DNA of 64,000 nucleotides from an uncultured Erysipelotrichaceae bacterium (lineage in GTDB: Bacteria > Bacillota_I > Bacilli_A > RF39 > UBA660): NCBI GenBank assembly GCA_902793375.1, contig CADBDE010000004.1, forward strand, positions 20,799-84,798, read 5' to 3'. The notes under the pieces were generated by a model that had not been told where the DNA came from, searched no databases, and was given only the letters and a program-made list of their open reading frames with translations. Below, one piece after another: positions 39,299 through 48,979 of the stretch. Position numbers and translations under genes: made by a program. Numbering within the stretch: position 1 is the stretch's first letter; every line of letters begins with the position of its first letter.

Positions 39299-39363
39299 AT
39301 AATACTATCTCCTTTCTACTATATATATTTTATTATATACTTTTTTTTATTTAATATCAATAA

Positions 39364-40167
39364 TTATATACCAAACATCATTAACATTGACAGTAAAAGT
39401 ACTCCCATTGTACCTCCACCTGTAACAACAAGCATGACCATTGTTTTCTTTTCCATGGCATCAAGTCTTTGTTTATATTTAACTTCACGTGCTTTATTTT
39501 GAAGTGATGAAACTGATTTAGAAAATATCAATAATTGTTTATATTTATTTTCTTGAGCACCTAATCCAAGTCTATATAAAAGTCTCATCATTCTCATTGA
39601 ATCACGTACTGGATATTCTATAGCAAAATCCATATATGGTTGTATTGTTGAATCTCCTGCATCTATCTTTGCAATCATTTTTTTAAGTCCAGGTCTAAAT
39701 ACTTCTGGAGCTTGTTCAATTGATCTTGCAAGTGCTACAGGAACTGTATAGTTCTGACACAATATTTCCAAGTTCTTTAAGTAATATGGTAATAACAAAT
39801 CAATTTGAGCCATATATTTTTTATAATATGACTTTAGATTAGTATAACCTGACTTAAATATTAAATAAGAAAGAACAAGTACTATAATTGCATTCAAGAA
39901 TGATAAATTACCAGAAATTGTCATTAATGCTAAAAATAACAATCCTGAATAAAAAGCATTCTTCACCCTAGTCATAAATATTTTATTAATATCTATATTT
40001 TCACCATATTTAGCCATTAATAAAAAGTCATAATCTTTTTCTTTTAATGATAAGAAATATCCATCATTAGTATTAAAGAATTTTTTAGTATCAATTGTTT
40101 CAGTATAGAATAGTCCAATTCCTAATAATATTATAATAATAATCGTTTCTGTCATACTATTCTGCAC
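39364..40167 (-). CDS. TadC-like inner-membrane platform protein (T2SS-F domain)
   Basis: Membrane protein with a soluble domain containing LLPYYLKNLEIL...ALARSIEQAPE...MIAKIDAGDS, a GspF/TadC-type pattern. It overlaps the tadB-like gene by 11 nt. Confidence 0.5.
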   Translation of the reverse strand: MQNSMTETIIIIILLGIGLFYTETIDTKKFFNTNDGYFLSLKEKDYDFLLMAKYGENIDINKIFMTRVKNAFYSGLLFLALMTISGNLSFLNAIIVLVLSYLIFKSGYTNLKSYYKKYMAQIDLLLPYYLKNLEILCQNYTVPVALARSIEQAPEVFRPGLKKMIAKIDAGDSTIQPYMDFAIEYPVRDSMRMMRLLYRLGLGAQENKYKQLLIFSKSVSSLQNKAREVKYKQRLDAMEKKTMVMLVVTGGGTMGVLLLSMLMMFGI

Positions 40168-41056
40168 CTACATTCTCGTTATAATATTTTTCTCCATTCA
40201 GAAGAAAATAACTATTAAATATTACTATTCCATGAAGCATTAAACTAACTATTGGTTCTTCCAGCATTTTAAGATAGTTTTCAATACCTAACAAGTATTG
40301 TACTAATGCAACCATTGCATATAGTAATAATCCATATTGAATAAACTGTCTATGGAAGTTTTGTCTATCAATTCTATCACGATAAACACCTTCTACTAGT
40401 ACGTCTATATCTAGAAGCATATTTTCAAGTACTTCATTTGATTCTCTTGCACCTTCTCTTGTTATTTGTAAAAACAATTGATGCATATTTTTAGTCATAT
40501 GATATTCATATTTTTTATTCATGAACTCAATAGATTCATTTATATCACCATTTTTATATGCTAAATCAATCATATATTTAACATCATCTTTTACTGGATT
40601 TTCTAGTACTCCAGAATTCCATACCCCTTCAACAGCTTTTACAAAGTTTTGGGTAGTTTGGAATTCCATTATAGTATTTGTAGTATAAACTTGAATTTGT
40701 TCAAATAAAAATTCTGAATAAATTCTTTTACATCTTAAATATGTTAAATAAGGTATTATACATATAACAATTACTACATATATAATAGAAACAATCATAT
40801 TATAAAAATATAAGTAAGAAATACCAAAAGCAACTCCTGCAAATATTGCTACTTGTACTGCATATTCTTTTTTGGTATATTCTTGTCCCATATCTTTAAC
40901 CTTTTGTCTTATTTGTTTAAAAGAATATGGTGCATATCTATCATATACAGTATTTATTTTACCAGTTACAAATTCATGCATTGATGCATCGCCTTGTTTA
41001 AAGTAAAATAATACTCCAAATGCAATTATTCCTAATGCAATAATAGATTCTAGCAT
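40157..41056 (-). CDS. TadB-like inner-membrane platform protein (T2SS-F domain)
   Basis: About 300 aa with an N-terminal helix, a central soluble domain and C-terminal helices. It is paired with the tadC-like gene downstream of the CpaF-type ATPase. Confidence 0.5.
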   Translation of the reverse strand: MLESIIALGIIAFGVLFYFKQGDASMHEFVTGKINTVYDRYAPYSFKQIRQKVKDMGQEYTKKEYAVQVAIFAGVAFGISYLYFYNMIVSIIYVVIVICIIPYLTYLRCKRIYSEFLFEQIQVYTTNTIMEFQTTQNFVKAVEGVWNSGVLENPVKDDVKYMIDLAYKNGDINESIEFMNKKYEYHMTKNMHQLFLQITREGARESNEVLENMLLDIDVLVEGVYRDRIDRQNFHRQFIQYGLLLYAMVALVQYLLGIENYLKMLEEPIVSLMLHGIVIFNSYFLLNGEKYYNENVGAE

Positions 41057-41085
41057 GTAAACACCTACTTTCTATTCATTAATAA

Positions 41086-43092
41086 TTAAAGCAATCCTGA
41101 AAAAAACTTTGATTCATTTTTCATTGGTTGTGCTTGAACTTGTGTTTGTTCTTGTGGTTGTGATGCTGCAGCAGGTTGTATTGTGATTGGTTGCGGTGCA
41201 GCTTGTGATTGCAAATTAGTTTGTACATCAACTTGTGGCATAATTGCCGGTATATTAATTTTTTGTGGAATAATTTGTTGTTGTACAGGCATTTCTTGAA
41301 TTCCTGCTTGTTGTTCAATTTGTTGCTGTGGTATAGCAGGTTGAGCACTAACTTGCTCTATTTGTTGCGGCATAATCGTCGGTATATTAATCTGTTGTGG
41401 GGCAATTTGTTGTTGTGGCATAGCAGGTTGAGCACTAACTTGCTCTATTTGTTGTGGCATAATTGCCGGTATATTAATCTCTTGTGGAACAATATCTTCA
41501 TGTACTATAGTTTGATTTGGATTAACTTCTACAGGAGTATCAGTTGGTAGATTTGCTGGGCCCTGTGACATACCTTGAACTTCACTAGCAGGGTTATTAA
41601 TTTGTTCTTGTTTTTTCATTGAATTAGTATCAACTTGTTCAACTTTATTCTCTTCCACTTTATCTTTTTGTTCTGCACTAGGTGATTGTGTTTTTCCTGG
41701 AATATGAACAGTTTCACCATTTGATTCCTTAACATCACTTTCAATTCCATTTGCTTCATTAGCAGCAGCAAGTGAAGATAATTTCTCTCCAAACAAGTTA
41801 GTGATATCAACACCTTGACCTTCAAGATAATTTTTAATATATTTTGTTGGTTCTTGATATGATTCTTCACCACCAACAGTTTTTAAATATATATTATTAA
41901 ACTTTGGTTCATTTGTATCGTCAGTAACAAAGAATTCACACACTCCAGCTATCTCACGAACAAATCTTTGTTCTTCAGCTTTATAACGACCACGTACAAA
42001 TACACCAATTTGTACATAACGATAAATTGTTTTTAAGAATTGTTCTACATCGATATTAGATTCAAGTAATGAGTACATACGATGTGGGATACTTTCTGCT
42101 TTATCAGCATGGATTGTTGATAAGATGTAGTGTCCTGATGAAATAGAGTTACGAACGGCAGTAACTGCTTCTGCACTACGAACCTCGGAAAGTAATATCC
42201 ATATTGGGTTTTGTCTCATACATGTAACTAAAACGTCAGAATATGATGCAATATTATTTGTTTTCATAGCAACAATATCTCTATGAGGGAAAATTCTATC
42301 CAAGTGCAACTCCAAAGTATCTTCTATTGTTATTATTTTTTCATTCTCTGCAGTATGACTTGCTAGATATTTAACAAGTTCAGTTTTACCTGAACCTGTT
42401 TCTCCACATACAATGATATTGCAGTGTCCTTTTACACAATTTATTAAAAAGTCATGGATACTTAATTGAATGTATCTTTCATTTAATAATTTTTGCTTTT
42501 CTAGTCTTATTTTAGCAGGTGTTTTACGAAAAACTACAGCTATACCATTTCTTGCAATTGAATCGTGAACAAAGTTCATACGAAGTTCAGCACTTTCAGA
42601 GTCCAAGAACGGATGAGCCATATTAAATGTTTTACCCATAATATTTGAACATTGAAATGCTATTTTTTCTATTAAAGCATTGTCAACATCTTGTTGATCT
42701 GCTCTATAAACACCTCTACTTAAAGATTTAAGCCACAATTGTCCATTATTACTATATGAAATATCTGTTACATCATCATCATCTAAATATTTCTTTAAAG
42801 GACCAAAATCAATTTGAGAAAAGTTATCTGCATCTTGTTCCTCATGCGTTTTTTTCACAGTAGTATTTTTAAAATCTTTAATTGCTTCTTGTTCTTCTTT
42901 AGCTTTTGCTTCTTGTGCTTCTTTAACTCCTGCCATTAAATCTGGTTTTTGTAGTGTTTGTTGTTGAGGTTGCTGTGGTTGTACATCAGTATTTTGAGTC
43001 ACTGAAGTAACACTACTATCTCTATTTTCTACAACACTACTACTAGAAACATTTGCAAAGCCAAGATTACCTATATTCATTGACTCACTCAT
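41086..43092 (-). CDS. CpaF/TadA-family pilus assembly ATPase with long Q/P-rich N- and C-terminal extensions
   Basis: Walker A VCGETGSGKTELVKY, the Asp/His boxes (ITIEDTLEL, LSTIHAD) and SEVRSAEA, typical of the VirB11/CpaF family. The roughly 230-aa C-terminal tail is P/Q-rich and built from 29-aa repeats. Confidence 0.8.
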   Translation of the reverse strand: MSESMNIGNLGFANVSSSSVVENRDSSVTSVTQNTDVQPQQPQQQTLQKPDLMAGVKEAQEAKAKEEQEAIKDFKNTTVKKTHEEQDADNFSQIDFGPLKKYLDDDDVTDISYSNNGQLWLKSLSRGVYRADQQDVDNALIEKIAFQCSNIMGKTFNMAHPFLDSESAELRMNFVHDSIARNGIAVVFRKTPAKIRLEKQKLLNERYIQLSIHDFLINCVKGHCNIIVCGETGSGKTELVKYLASHTAENEKIITIEDTLELHLDRIFPHRDIVAMKTNNIASYSDVLVTCMRQNPIWILLSEVRSAEAVTAVRNSISSGHYILSTIHADKAESIPHRMYSLLESNIDVEQFLKTIYRYVQIGVFVRGRYKAEEQRFVREIAGVCEFFVTDDTNEPKFNNIYLKTVGGEESYQEPTKYIKNYLEGQGVDITNLFGEKLSSLAAANEANGIESDVKESNGETVHIPGKTQSPSAEQKDKVEENKVEQVDTNSMKKQEQINNPASEVQGMSQGPANLPTDTPVEVNPNQTIVHEDIVPQEINIPAIMPQQIEQVSAQPAMPQQQIAPQQINIPTIMPQQIEQVSAQPAIPQQQIEQQAGIQEMPVQQQIIPQKINIPAIMPQVDVQTNLQSQAAPQPITIQPAAASQPQEQTQVQAQPMKNESKFFSGLL
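41225..41500. repeat. 87-bp tandem repeat (~2.7 copies) encoding the 29-aa P/Q repeats in the ATPase tail
   Basis: The unit gcaggttgagcactaacttgctctatttgttg(c/t)ggcataat(c/t)g(t/c)cggtatattaatct... recurs at about 41336 and 41423, a period of 87 bp, with a partial copy upstream. It encodes IPAIMPQQIEQVSAQPAMPQQQIAPQQIN. Confidence 0.7.
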
Positions 43093-43115
43093 ATATACCC
43101 CTTCTTTACTTTTTT

Positions 43116-44054
43116 CTATTGAATTTGTGTACCATCTATTATAGTGTTATTAGTTGGCACTTTAACGTCTTCTGGAATAACAGCTGATAAATTTAAAATA
43201 TAATCTTTTAAATATTGACTAGATACTGTAGATTGTATTTCTTTATCTCCGTCTTTGAAATATGCAGTTGTTGGAATAGGAATAACATCAATTCTGGCAA
43301 ATCCACTATTTCCAGATGAAATTGAATAGTTATTTATTGCTGTAATATCTCTCATTAATAAATGTTGTTCTTCAGGTAAAGAGAACATAATTACATATGG
43401 AACTCTTGAACTTTCTGAATCATCAAAAACGTTTTGTCCATCTGCAGTTTTAACTTGTAAAACTTTAATATTTTCTAAGAATTTACCAACAAGTGCTTTA
43501 TTGTCTTCTTTAGTTGAAAGATAAATATCTATATACCTACCTGGTAAAATTGAATTTGTAAAACTTGAAAGCATATTAACAGTTAAATAATATAAAGTTT
43601 CACCTTCAGGCACACTTAATAAAGCTTCATCAGGTAAAGCATCTTTGGAAACTATTGATCCACTATAAAACAAACTACCCTCTTGAATTGTAGTATCATA
43701 ATTAACATACTTTCCAATTACATATTCAAGTCTAGAATAATAATCTCCAGAAAGTGCCCCTTGTGGAACTTCTACATATCTAATATCTTCTTCTGTAATT
43801 AAATGTCTTGCAGTAAGTCTTCTTGTTGCAACTGGAACTCTAACAGGTTGTGTAGCAGATCTAATTCTCATGTTATATCCAATAATTAAAACTAATACGA
43901 CACCTATTGCACATAGAGTTGTAACAAAACTTTTACTTTTCATCATTCTCTTTAACTTTGATACATTCGCATTACTACCTTTAGTATTACCAATATTAGT
44001 AACATTGTTATTCATATTCATATTACCATTATTCATATAATTCACCCTTTCCAT
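43116..44054 (-). CDS. CpaB/RcpC-like Flp pilus assembly protein (SAF domain)
   Basis: An N-terminal transmembrane helix, then VPVATRRLTARHLITEEDIRYVEVP and ILPGRYIDIYLS, matching the CpaB pattern (VpVlvAardl..G..lt..dl..v..p...LPGDRVDVLlT). Confidence 0.6.
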   Translation of the reverse strand: MERVNYMNNGNMNMNNNVTNIGNTKGSNANVSKLKRMMKSKSFVTTLCAIGVVLVLIIGYNMRIRSATQPVRVPVATRRLTARHLITEEDIRYVEVPQGALSGDYYSRLEYVIGKYVNYDTTIQEGSLFYSGSIVSKDALPDEALLSVPEGETLYYLTVNMLSSFTNSILPGRYIDIYLSTKEDNKALVGKFLENIKVLQVKTADGQNVFDDSESSRVPYVIMFSLPEEQHLLMRDITAINNYSISSGNSGFARIDVIPIPTTAYFKDGDKEIQSTVSSQYLKDYILNLSAVIPEDVKVPTNNTIIDGTQIQ

Positions 44055-44179
44055 TCTAGTAACATAAGCCCTCTAGTCTATCATCTATTATATATATTAG
44101 TATAGCTTAATTAAAATAAAAAGGCAATACAAGAAATAATTATTATTAAATAAAATTGTTCAAAAAATATCAACTTGTG

Positions 44180-44208
44180 TAAAAAAAATGAAAGAGTAAT
44201 CTTTCATT
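44180..44208 (-). terminator. Rho-independent terminator separating the giant-protein transcription unit from the tad/T4SS unit
   Basis: The minus strand reads ATGAAAGA-TTAC-TCTTTCAT followed by a T8 run, 54 nt after the stop of the 177-aa ORF. Confidence 0.5.
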
Positions 44209-44261
44209 CTTTTTAATTGACATAAACTTAATAATTATTTCAAATATAGTACAAATAATTA

Positions 44262-44795
44262 TTATGATTTTTTAAAATCTACATAATTATCTGGTGTTGG
44301 CGTCTCTAATATTCCTGTAATTGAATTTACTATATCTGATGGAATATTTGTTTCTCCATTACTAAAATCTATTTTTAAAAATGTTGCAAAATCAAAATTA
44401 GTTGTTGATATCAAAGATAACGATACTTTAGGAGGGCATTCATCTATGTCATGTATAACAACTCTATAATTTCTATTTAGTTCCGCATTCTCTGCAAACC
44501 TTCTTATAAAACTTTCCACGAATTTTTCTCTTATTATTCTTATTGTTCCAGGTTCTCCTGCTATACAATGCATAGAATCTTCTTCTCCATCTTCACCTTT
44601 TGTAATACCATCATATCCTACCCCAATTCGGTATGCAGTCAAATCTACAGCATCATACATAGCTGCTTCAGTTACTTCCTTTAACAAATAGTAATTTTGT
44701 TCATTACTTACTACAATATGTCCAAAGAAATTTATTAGCACTATTCCACCCATTCCTAGAACAGCAAATAAATACATCCACATTGACTCTTTCAT
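44262..44795 (-). CDS. N-terminally anchored hypothetical protein (177 aa)
   Basis: A transmembrane helix YLFAVLGMGGIVLINFF followed by a soluble domain with 2 Cys. It lies immediately downstream of the giant exoprotein. Confidence 0.4.
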   Translation of the reverse strand: MKESMWMYLFAVLGMGGIVLINFFGHIVVSNEQNYYLLKEVTEAAMYDAVDLTAYRIGVGYDGITKGEDGEEDSMHCIAGEPGTIRIIREKFVESFIRRFAENAELNRNYRVVIHDIDECPPKVSLSLISTTNFDFATFLKIDFSNGETNIPSDIVNSITGILETPTPDNYVDFKKS

Positions 44796-44814
44796 TTCTT
44801 ATACACCCTCTTTT

Positions 44815-47800
44815 TTATTTAGAATTAGGATATGTCGCATGAATAGTTCTTGATCCTATTCCATGACTATTCTTAAATAATGTTGAGAACTTCGATTCTC
44901 TTATAAAACTACTCTTATATTCTTGTACTTTATCCGTACTTCCTGTTGTTATTCTATCTAGTCTTGCATACACTCTTCTTTTATTTTTATATCCTTCTCC
45001 ACTTTTTTCTGTATCTTCTCTTATCTGTCTTATATCTTCTGCTGTCATATCTATTATATACTCTACTGCTTTATTTGAATTTGGTCCCGTTACACTCGTT
45101 TTATCATTTTCATCATTTGTTATATAATGTGACAATCCTCTCCAGTTTGTTCCTACTATTCTTTTACCTTTCTCATATGGCTCTTCTGTCTCTTCTGAAT
45201 TTGGAAATGGATTTGCTACATTTATCGATCTAAATATATATGGTTCATCTGATATATCATCTTCTATTGGTTTATAACATTTATTTATGCAGCTTGCTTT
45301 ATCTGAGAATCCATATAATACATATCCATCACAATAATAATTTACTGTATTATAATCGCTTGTCTTCTGTGGACATGGTACTCTACATTTCTTAAAACAA
45401 TCTTCTTCATCTTTAAATCCATTTATGTCATTTGCCCACTTTGTCTTACAATATTCTTTTATCATTACTTGATTTAAATTTTTTTCTTTTGCATAACAAT
45501 CTTTTTCTGTATTATCACCTGATGGTGTTGTATCCGGTTCTTCTTTATCATTTGATTTATAACAATATGCATTACATTTCTTGTTTTCTAATTTTGTTAC
45601 ATACCCTACTATAAGTTCTCCTTTTTCTAATGGTTTATCTAATCTTATTTCCAATTCATTCGTTGTATTTGTTACTGATTTTTTTATATTCTTCATATAT
45701 AAATATGGTTCACTATCCATCTTTCTTGAATTAAATTCTGTTAATGTTGGTATATCATGATATGTTGTGTATGTATAATATAAATTTGCATTATATGTTT
45801 TCATGTTATATAGTTTTCCACTCGTGTCTCCTGGTGCTGGTTCTATAATACAACGTGCTTCACATACTGGTCCACTATATAAATCTACATTATCTGGACA
45901 AGTTACTGTTTCCCCATTGATTAATGTTATTATTCCTGTTACATTATGTGTTTCTACTGATCTACTATTATGATTTACTATTGTTATTTTATTGCCATTT
46001 ACTTCTTGAATATTTCCTGTATCATCTATTTCTACTTTTGCTATTTGAGAACTTGGTATATCATATACGACTGTTGCTGTTACACTACTTGATTCATATT
46101 GCTTATTTCCTAGTTTTGTTCCATTTGAATCAAACTTTATTCTACACGTATAATCACTTTGTGGTACTTTATATGTACATGTTTCATCTACATTATAGTA
46201 TGTTTGCCCATCTCCTGCTTTTGCTTCTACACTTGCTTTGATTTGATTTTCTACATCTGGTTTTATTTCAAAGCTTGTATAATGCGTACTACTTCCATGT
46301 ATCATTTCTCCTACTCCTGCTTTGTAACATTCATTATTCCCCGGTGCTTCATACACTTCCGCTGTTCCATCTGTTCTTAGACATACTTTCTTTAATGTAT
46401 ATGTTAATCTTCCTCCTGATTGCGATGTATATTGGTTTATTGCTATTGTTGATATATTTCTATCTGCTACCATTGTTACCTGATCTACATCATCTGTTTG
46501 TAATACCACTGTTGCTTTCATACTACTTCCCGCTGAATTCTTCTCTACTACTAACTCTGTTGTTTTTGTTTCTGGATTCAACGCTTCTAATTTATATTCA
46601 TTTGTTGTCGTTTTTAGTGTTGATTTTGAAAAATCAAATCCTTTTTCTTCAAAATTTGTTTTCCCTTCTCCATCTAAATTACCTTCTGCTTTCAATGCTT
46701 GTGTTCCTGCTGTCATATTTGAATTATCTGGATTTACTTTTGATACTTCATCATTATAATTTTTTAATATTAATAACATTCTATCTCTTTGATATTTTGT
46801 GTTTCTTGCTGGTATTGTTGCATAGTCAAATTTCCACTGTTCTTTATTTATAAAATATGTACAATACTCATATCCTCCATGTACTATTGGATATGTAAAT
46901 CCTAACCCTGCTGCTAATTTTATTTTTGTTGTATCTGTAAACTCTGAATCTACTACTAATTTACATATTGAATTTATATATGTTCTTTGGTCAAATGTCT
47001 TATCATCTGAATCATTTCCATTAAAGTCTGTTATATAATCTCCTTCACATGGTGTTACATGTTTTCCTTTTATATATTGAGTTGGAACGTAATGTCCTGT
47101 ATTATCCGACGCCACATTACACTTTGAATCAAATACCTTTAATTCTGTTTTTCCATATCTTGATGCTATTCCATCTATTACTGAATTTGTACATCCATCT
47201 ATTGATTGAAGATTTGTATTATTACTTGATGTTGATTTCGTATCTGGATCTCTTCCATATCTGTATTTACAGTTATTTACTAAACAATTCTTTTTTCTTT
47301 TCCTTGCATTTCCTCTTAAATCATAGTCTACTTTATGTTCGCAATAGTTTTCTGCACACTTCAAATATTCATCGGATCTATCTCCATAGTTTGCTAAAAC
47401 ATTTTCACATCCTGTTGGACAATCTATCATATTTTCTAGATAAAAATGTCTTATTCCTTCATATGATGGATTTGAAGAATTACAACTTCCAAATAGTTGA
47501 TATTTATAACTACTTCCTGGTCCTACTAGTGCTCTATCTTTATCTGGTCCTATATAATATTCATATACATGGTTTCCAGTATTTGGATCTACATATGGTT
47601 TTGTTTCATCCTCTGGATCCATTACTTGGTGTTTTCCTTCATCTGATCCACATGTATTGACTGCTCTTCTTAAAAATGAAGAATTAGTTGAGCTTTGATT
47701 CCTTGAAACTACAATTTTAGAAGTACCATCACATTCTGTTCCTATTATATTATATGTTTCTTTTGACCCCTTATATCCTGCTTGTTGATCTATTTCATAT

Positions 47801-48876
47801 CCATAATAACTACATTTATCACCAGTACCACCAGTACATGTGCTTTTTTTTGTTTTCTTACCATTTTCATCTACATCATAAGTTGTAGTCCATTTTTTAC
47901 ATACATTTTTTTCTACTACCGTTTTATTGTAGTTACTTCCTATATTGTCACACCAATCTTTTCCTCCACCTTCTGGTACTTTTTCCCAAGCAGATTTAGG
48001 ATAAATATCACCTTTTGATTCGACAGGTCCAATTGTAGCAAGATGTATGCTATGACAATTTTCTTTTCCTGTTTTTATTCTTTGTACAACTTCTACCTGT
48101 ATATAGTATTGATTAATTTTATCATCATCAAGTTTTACTTTAAACTGTGTTTCAATATCTTTTCTACTTCCAAAATAATTATCTTTTAATACTTTTATAT
48201 AATTATTGTGTTCTACTGAATATTCTGTAATTCCATCATCAGTATATATCCTATCAGATGGATAATTTGAATCATATGTTATAAGTGACTTTTTATAGTG
48301 AATTATTGTATGTGGTGATTTCATATCAAACTTATATTTATTAAATCCAGCATGACAATTATATCCTTTTTGTTTTATTGTACCATCTGCTGGGCATCCA
48401 CCTTCTTCATCATCTTGCTGTTCACATATTATTTCATCTTGAGATATACCTTCAATACCAATTGCACCTTCTGGTCCAGAACCTGTATCACCAAGATCAC
48501 CCCAGTTTGTTGATAAATCTCCAGAATCCATTGTTTCAACTGGGAACATAGTTCCTGATTCTGGAGGTGGTAAAATTTGAGTTAATCCATAACCACCTTT
48601 TTGTAACTGTCCATAAGTAGTAGGATAAGCTCCTCCCTCAGTACTATCAAAATTATCAAACATACTTGAATGTGCAATCAAAATTGGAACAGAATTTTTA
48701 ACTTGTTGCGGAGCTCCACTTCCACTATACATTACTAAAGTAAATTTATAACCATAAGCATTTAATGCTGTTGATTCTGTTGTATCAGCTAGCGTATCTA
48801 TAATTCTTGTATTAATTGCTAATACTAAAAGTATTATAAATATCATTATTAATCCAAGATATTTAATTCTTTTCAT
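44815..48876 (-). CDS. giant secreted cysteine-rich protein (1353 aa), candidate adhesin or pilus-associated exoprotein
   Basis: Signal peptide MKRIKYLGLIMIFIILLVLAIN. More than 70 cysteines in recurring CxxC / C..C patterns, G/T/N/Y-rich, with no LPXTG motif and no further transmembrane segment. Confidence 0.6.
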   Translation of the reverse strand: MKRIKYLGLIMIFIILLVLAINTRIIDTLADTTESTALNAYGYKFTLVMYSGSGAPQQVKNSVPILIAHSSMFDNFDSTEGGAYPTTYGQLQKGGYGLTQILPPPESGTMFPVETMDSGDLSTNWGDLGDTGSGPEGAIGIEGISQDEIICEQQDDEEGGCPADGTIKQKGYNCHAGFNKYKFDMKSPHTIIHYKKSLITYDSNYPSDRIYTDDGITEYSVEHNNYIKVLKDNYFGSRKDIETQFKVKLDDDKINQYYIQVEVVQRIKTGKENCHSIHLATIGPVESKGDIYPKSAWEKVPEGGGKDWCDNIGSNYNKTVVEKNVCKKWTTTYDVDENGKKTKKSTCTGGTGDKCSYYGYEIDQQAGYKGSKETYNIIGTECDGTSKIVVSRNQSSTNSSFLRRAVNTCGSDEGKHQVMDPEDETKPYVDPNTGNHVYEYYIGPDKDRALVGPGSSYKYQLFGSCNSSNPSYEGIRHFYLENMIDCPTGCENVLANYGDRSDEYLKCAENYCEHKVDYDLRGNARKRKKNCLVNNCKYRYGRDPDTKSTSSNNTNLQSIDGCTNSVIDGIASRYGKTELKVFDSKCNVASDNTGHYVPTQYIKGKHVTPCEGDYITDFNGNDSDDKTFDQRTYINSICKLVVDSEFTDTTKIKLAAGLGFTYPIVHGGYEYCTYFINKEQWKFDYATIPARNTKYQRDRMLLILKNYNDEVSKVNPDNSNMTAGTQALKAEGNLDGEGKTNFEEKGFDFSKSTLKTTTNEYKLEALNPETKTTELVVEKNSAGSSMKATVVLQTDDVDQVTMVADRNISTIAINQYTSQSGGRLTYTLKKVCLRTDGTAEVYEAPGNNECYKAGVGEMIHGSSTHYTSFEIKPDVENQIKASVEAKAGDGQTYYNVDETCTYKVPQSDYTCRIKFDSNGTKLGNKQYESSSVTATVVYDIPSSQIAKVEIDDTGNIQEVNGNKITIVNHNSRSVETHNVTGIITLINGETVTCPDNVDLYSGPVCEARCIIEPAPGDTSGKLYNMKTYNANLYYTYTTYHDIPTLTEFNSRKMDSEPYLYMKNIKKSVTNTTNELEIRLDKPLEKGELIVGYVTKLENKKCNAYCYKSNDKEEPDTTPSGDNTEKDCYAKEKNLNQVMIKEYCKTKWANDINGFKDEEDCFKKCRVPCPQKTSDYNTVNYYCDGYVLYGFSDKASCINKCYKPIEDDISDEPYIFRSINVANPFPNSEETEEPYEKGKRIVGTNWRGLSHYITNDENDKTSVTGPNSNKAVEYIIDMTAEDIRQIREDTEKSGEGYKNKRRVYARLDRITTGSTDKVQEYKSSFIRESKFSTLFKNSHGIGSRTIHATYPNSK

Positions 48877-48979
48877 TATTGTACCTCCTTTCGATTATCA
48901 TTATATTTCCTTAGACTATCTACTATATAAATTATATATCTTTTTTTTCATTTATAAAAGACTAGTTTTATAATATTTT

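Noticed and set aside
41121-41876. ORFs 41121-41348 (-), 41209-41550 (+) and 41616-41876 (-) overlapping the ATPase tail
   Set aside because: They are alternative frames of the 87-bp P/Q-encoding repeat region of the CpaF-like gene, giving repetitive H/N/K or L/W/N-rich translations. The long ATPase frame explains this sequence.
44217-44250. Plus-strand TTGACA...-10-like promoter element in the cpaB upstream gap
   Set aside because: There is no plus-strand gene downstream, since all neighbouring genes are on the minus strand. It is probably a chance match in AT-rich intergenic DNA.
44946-48018. Seven plus-strand ORFs (44946-45233, 45432-45614, 45924-46241, 46159-46380, 46275-46853, 47049-47660, 47782-48018) encoding Leu/Phe/Tyr/His-rich low-complexity peptides
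   Set aside because: All lie antisense within the 1353-aa minus-strand gene. Their composition is what you get from the reverse complement of Asn/Lys/Tyr/Glu-rich coding sequence in AT-rich DNA. There is no ribosome-binding site and no plausible fold.
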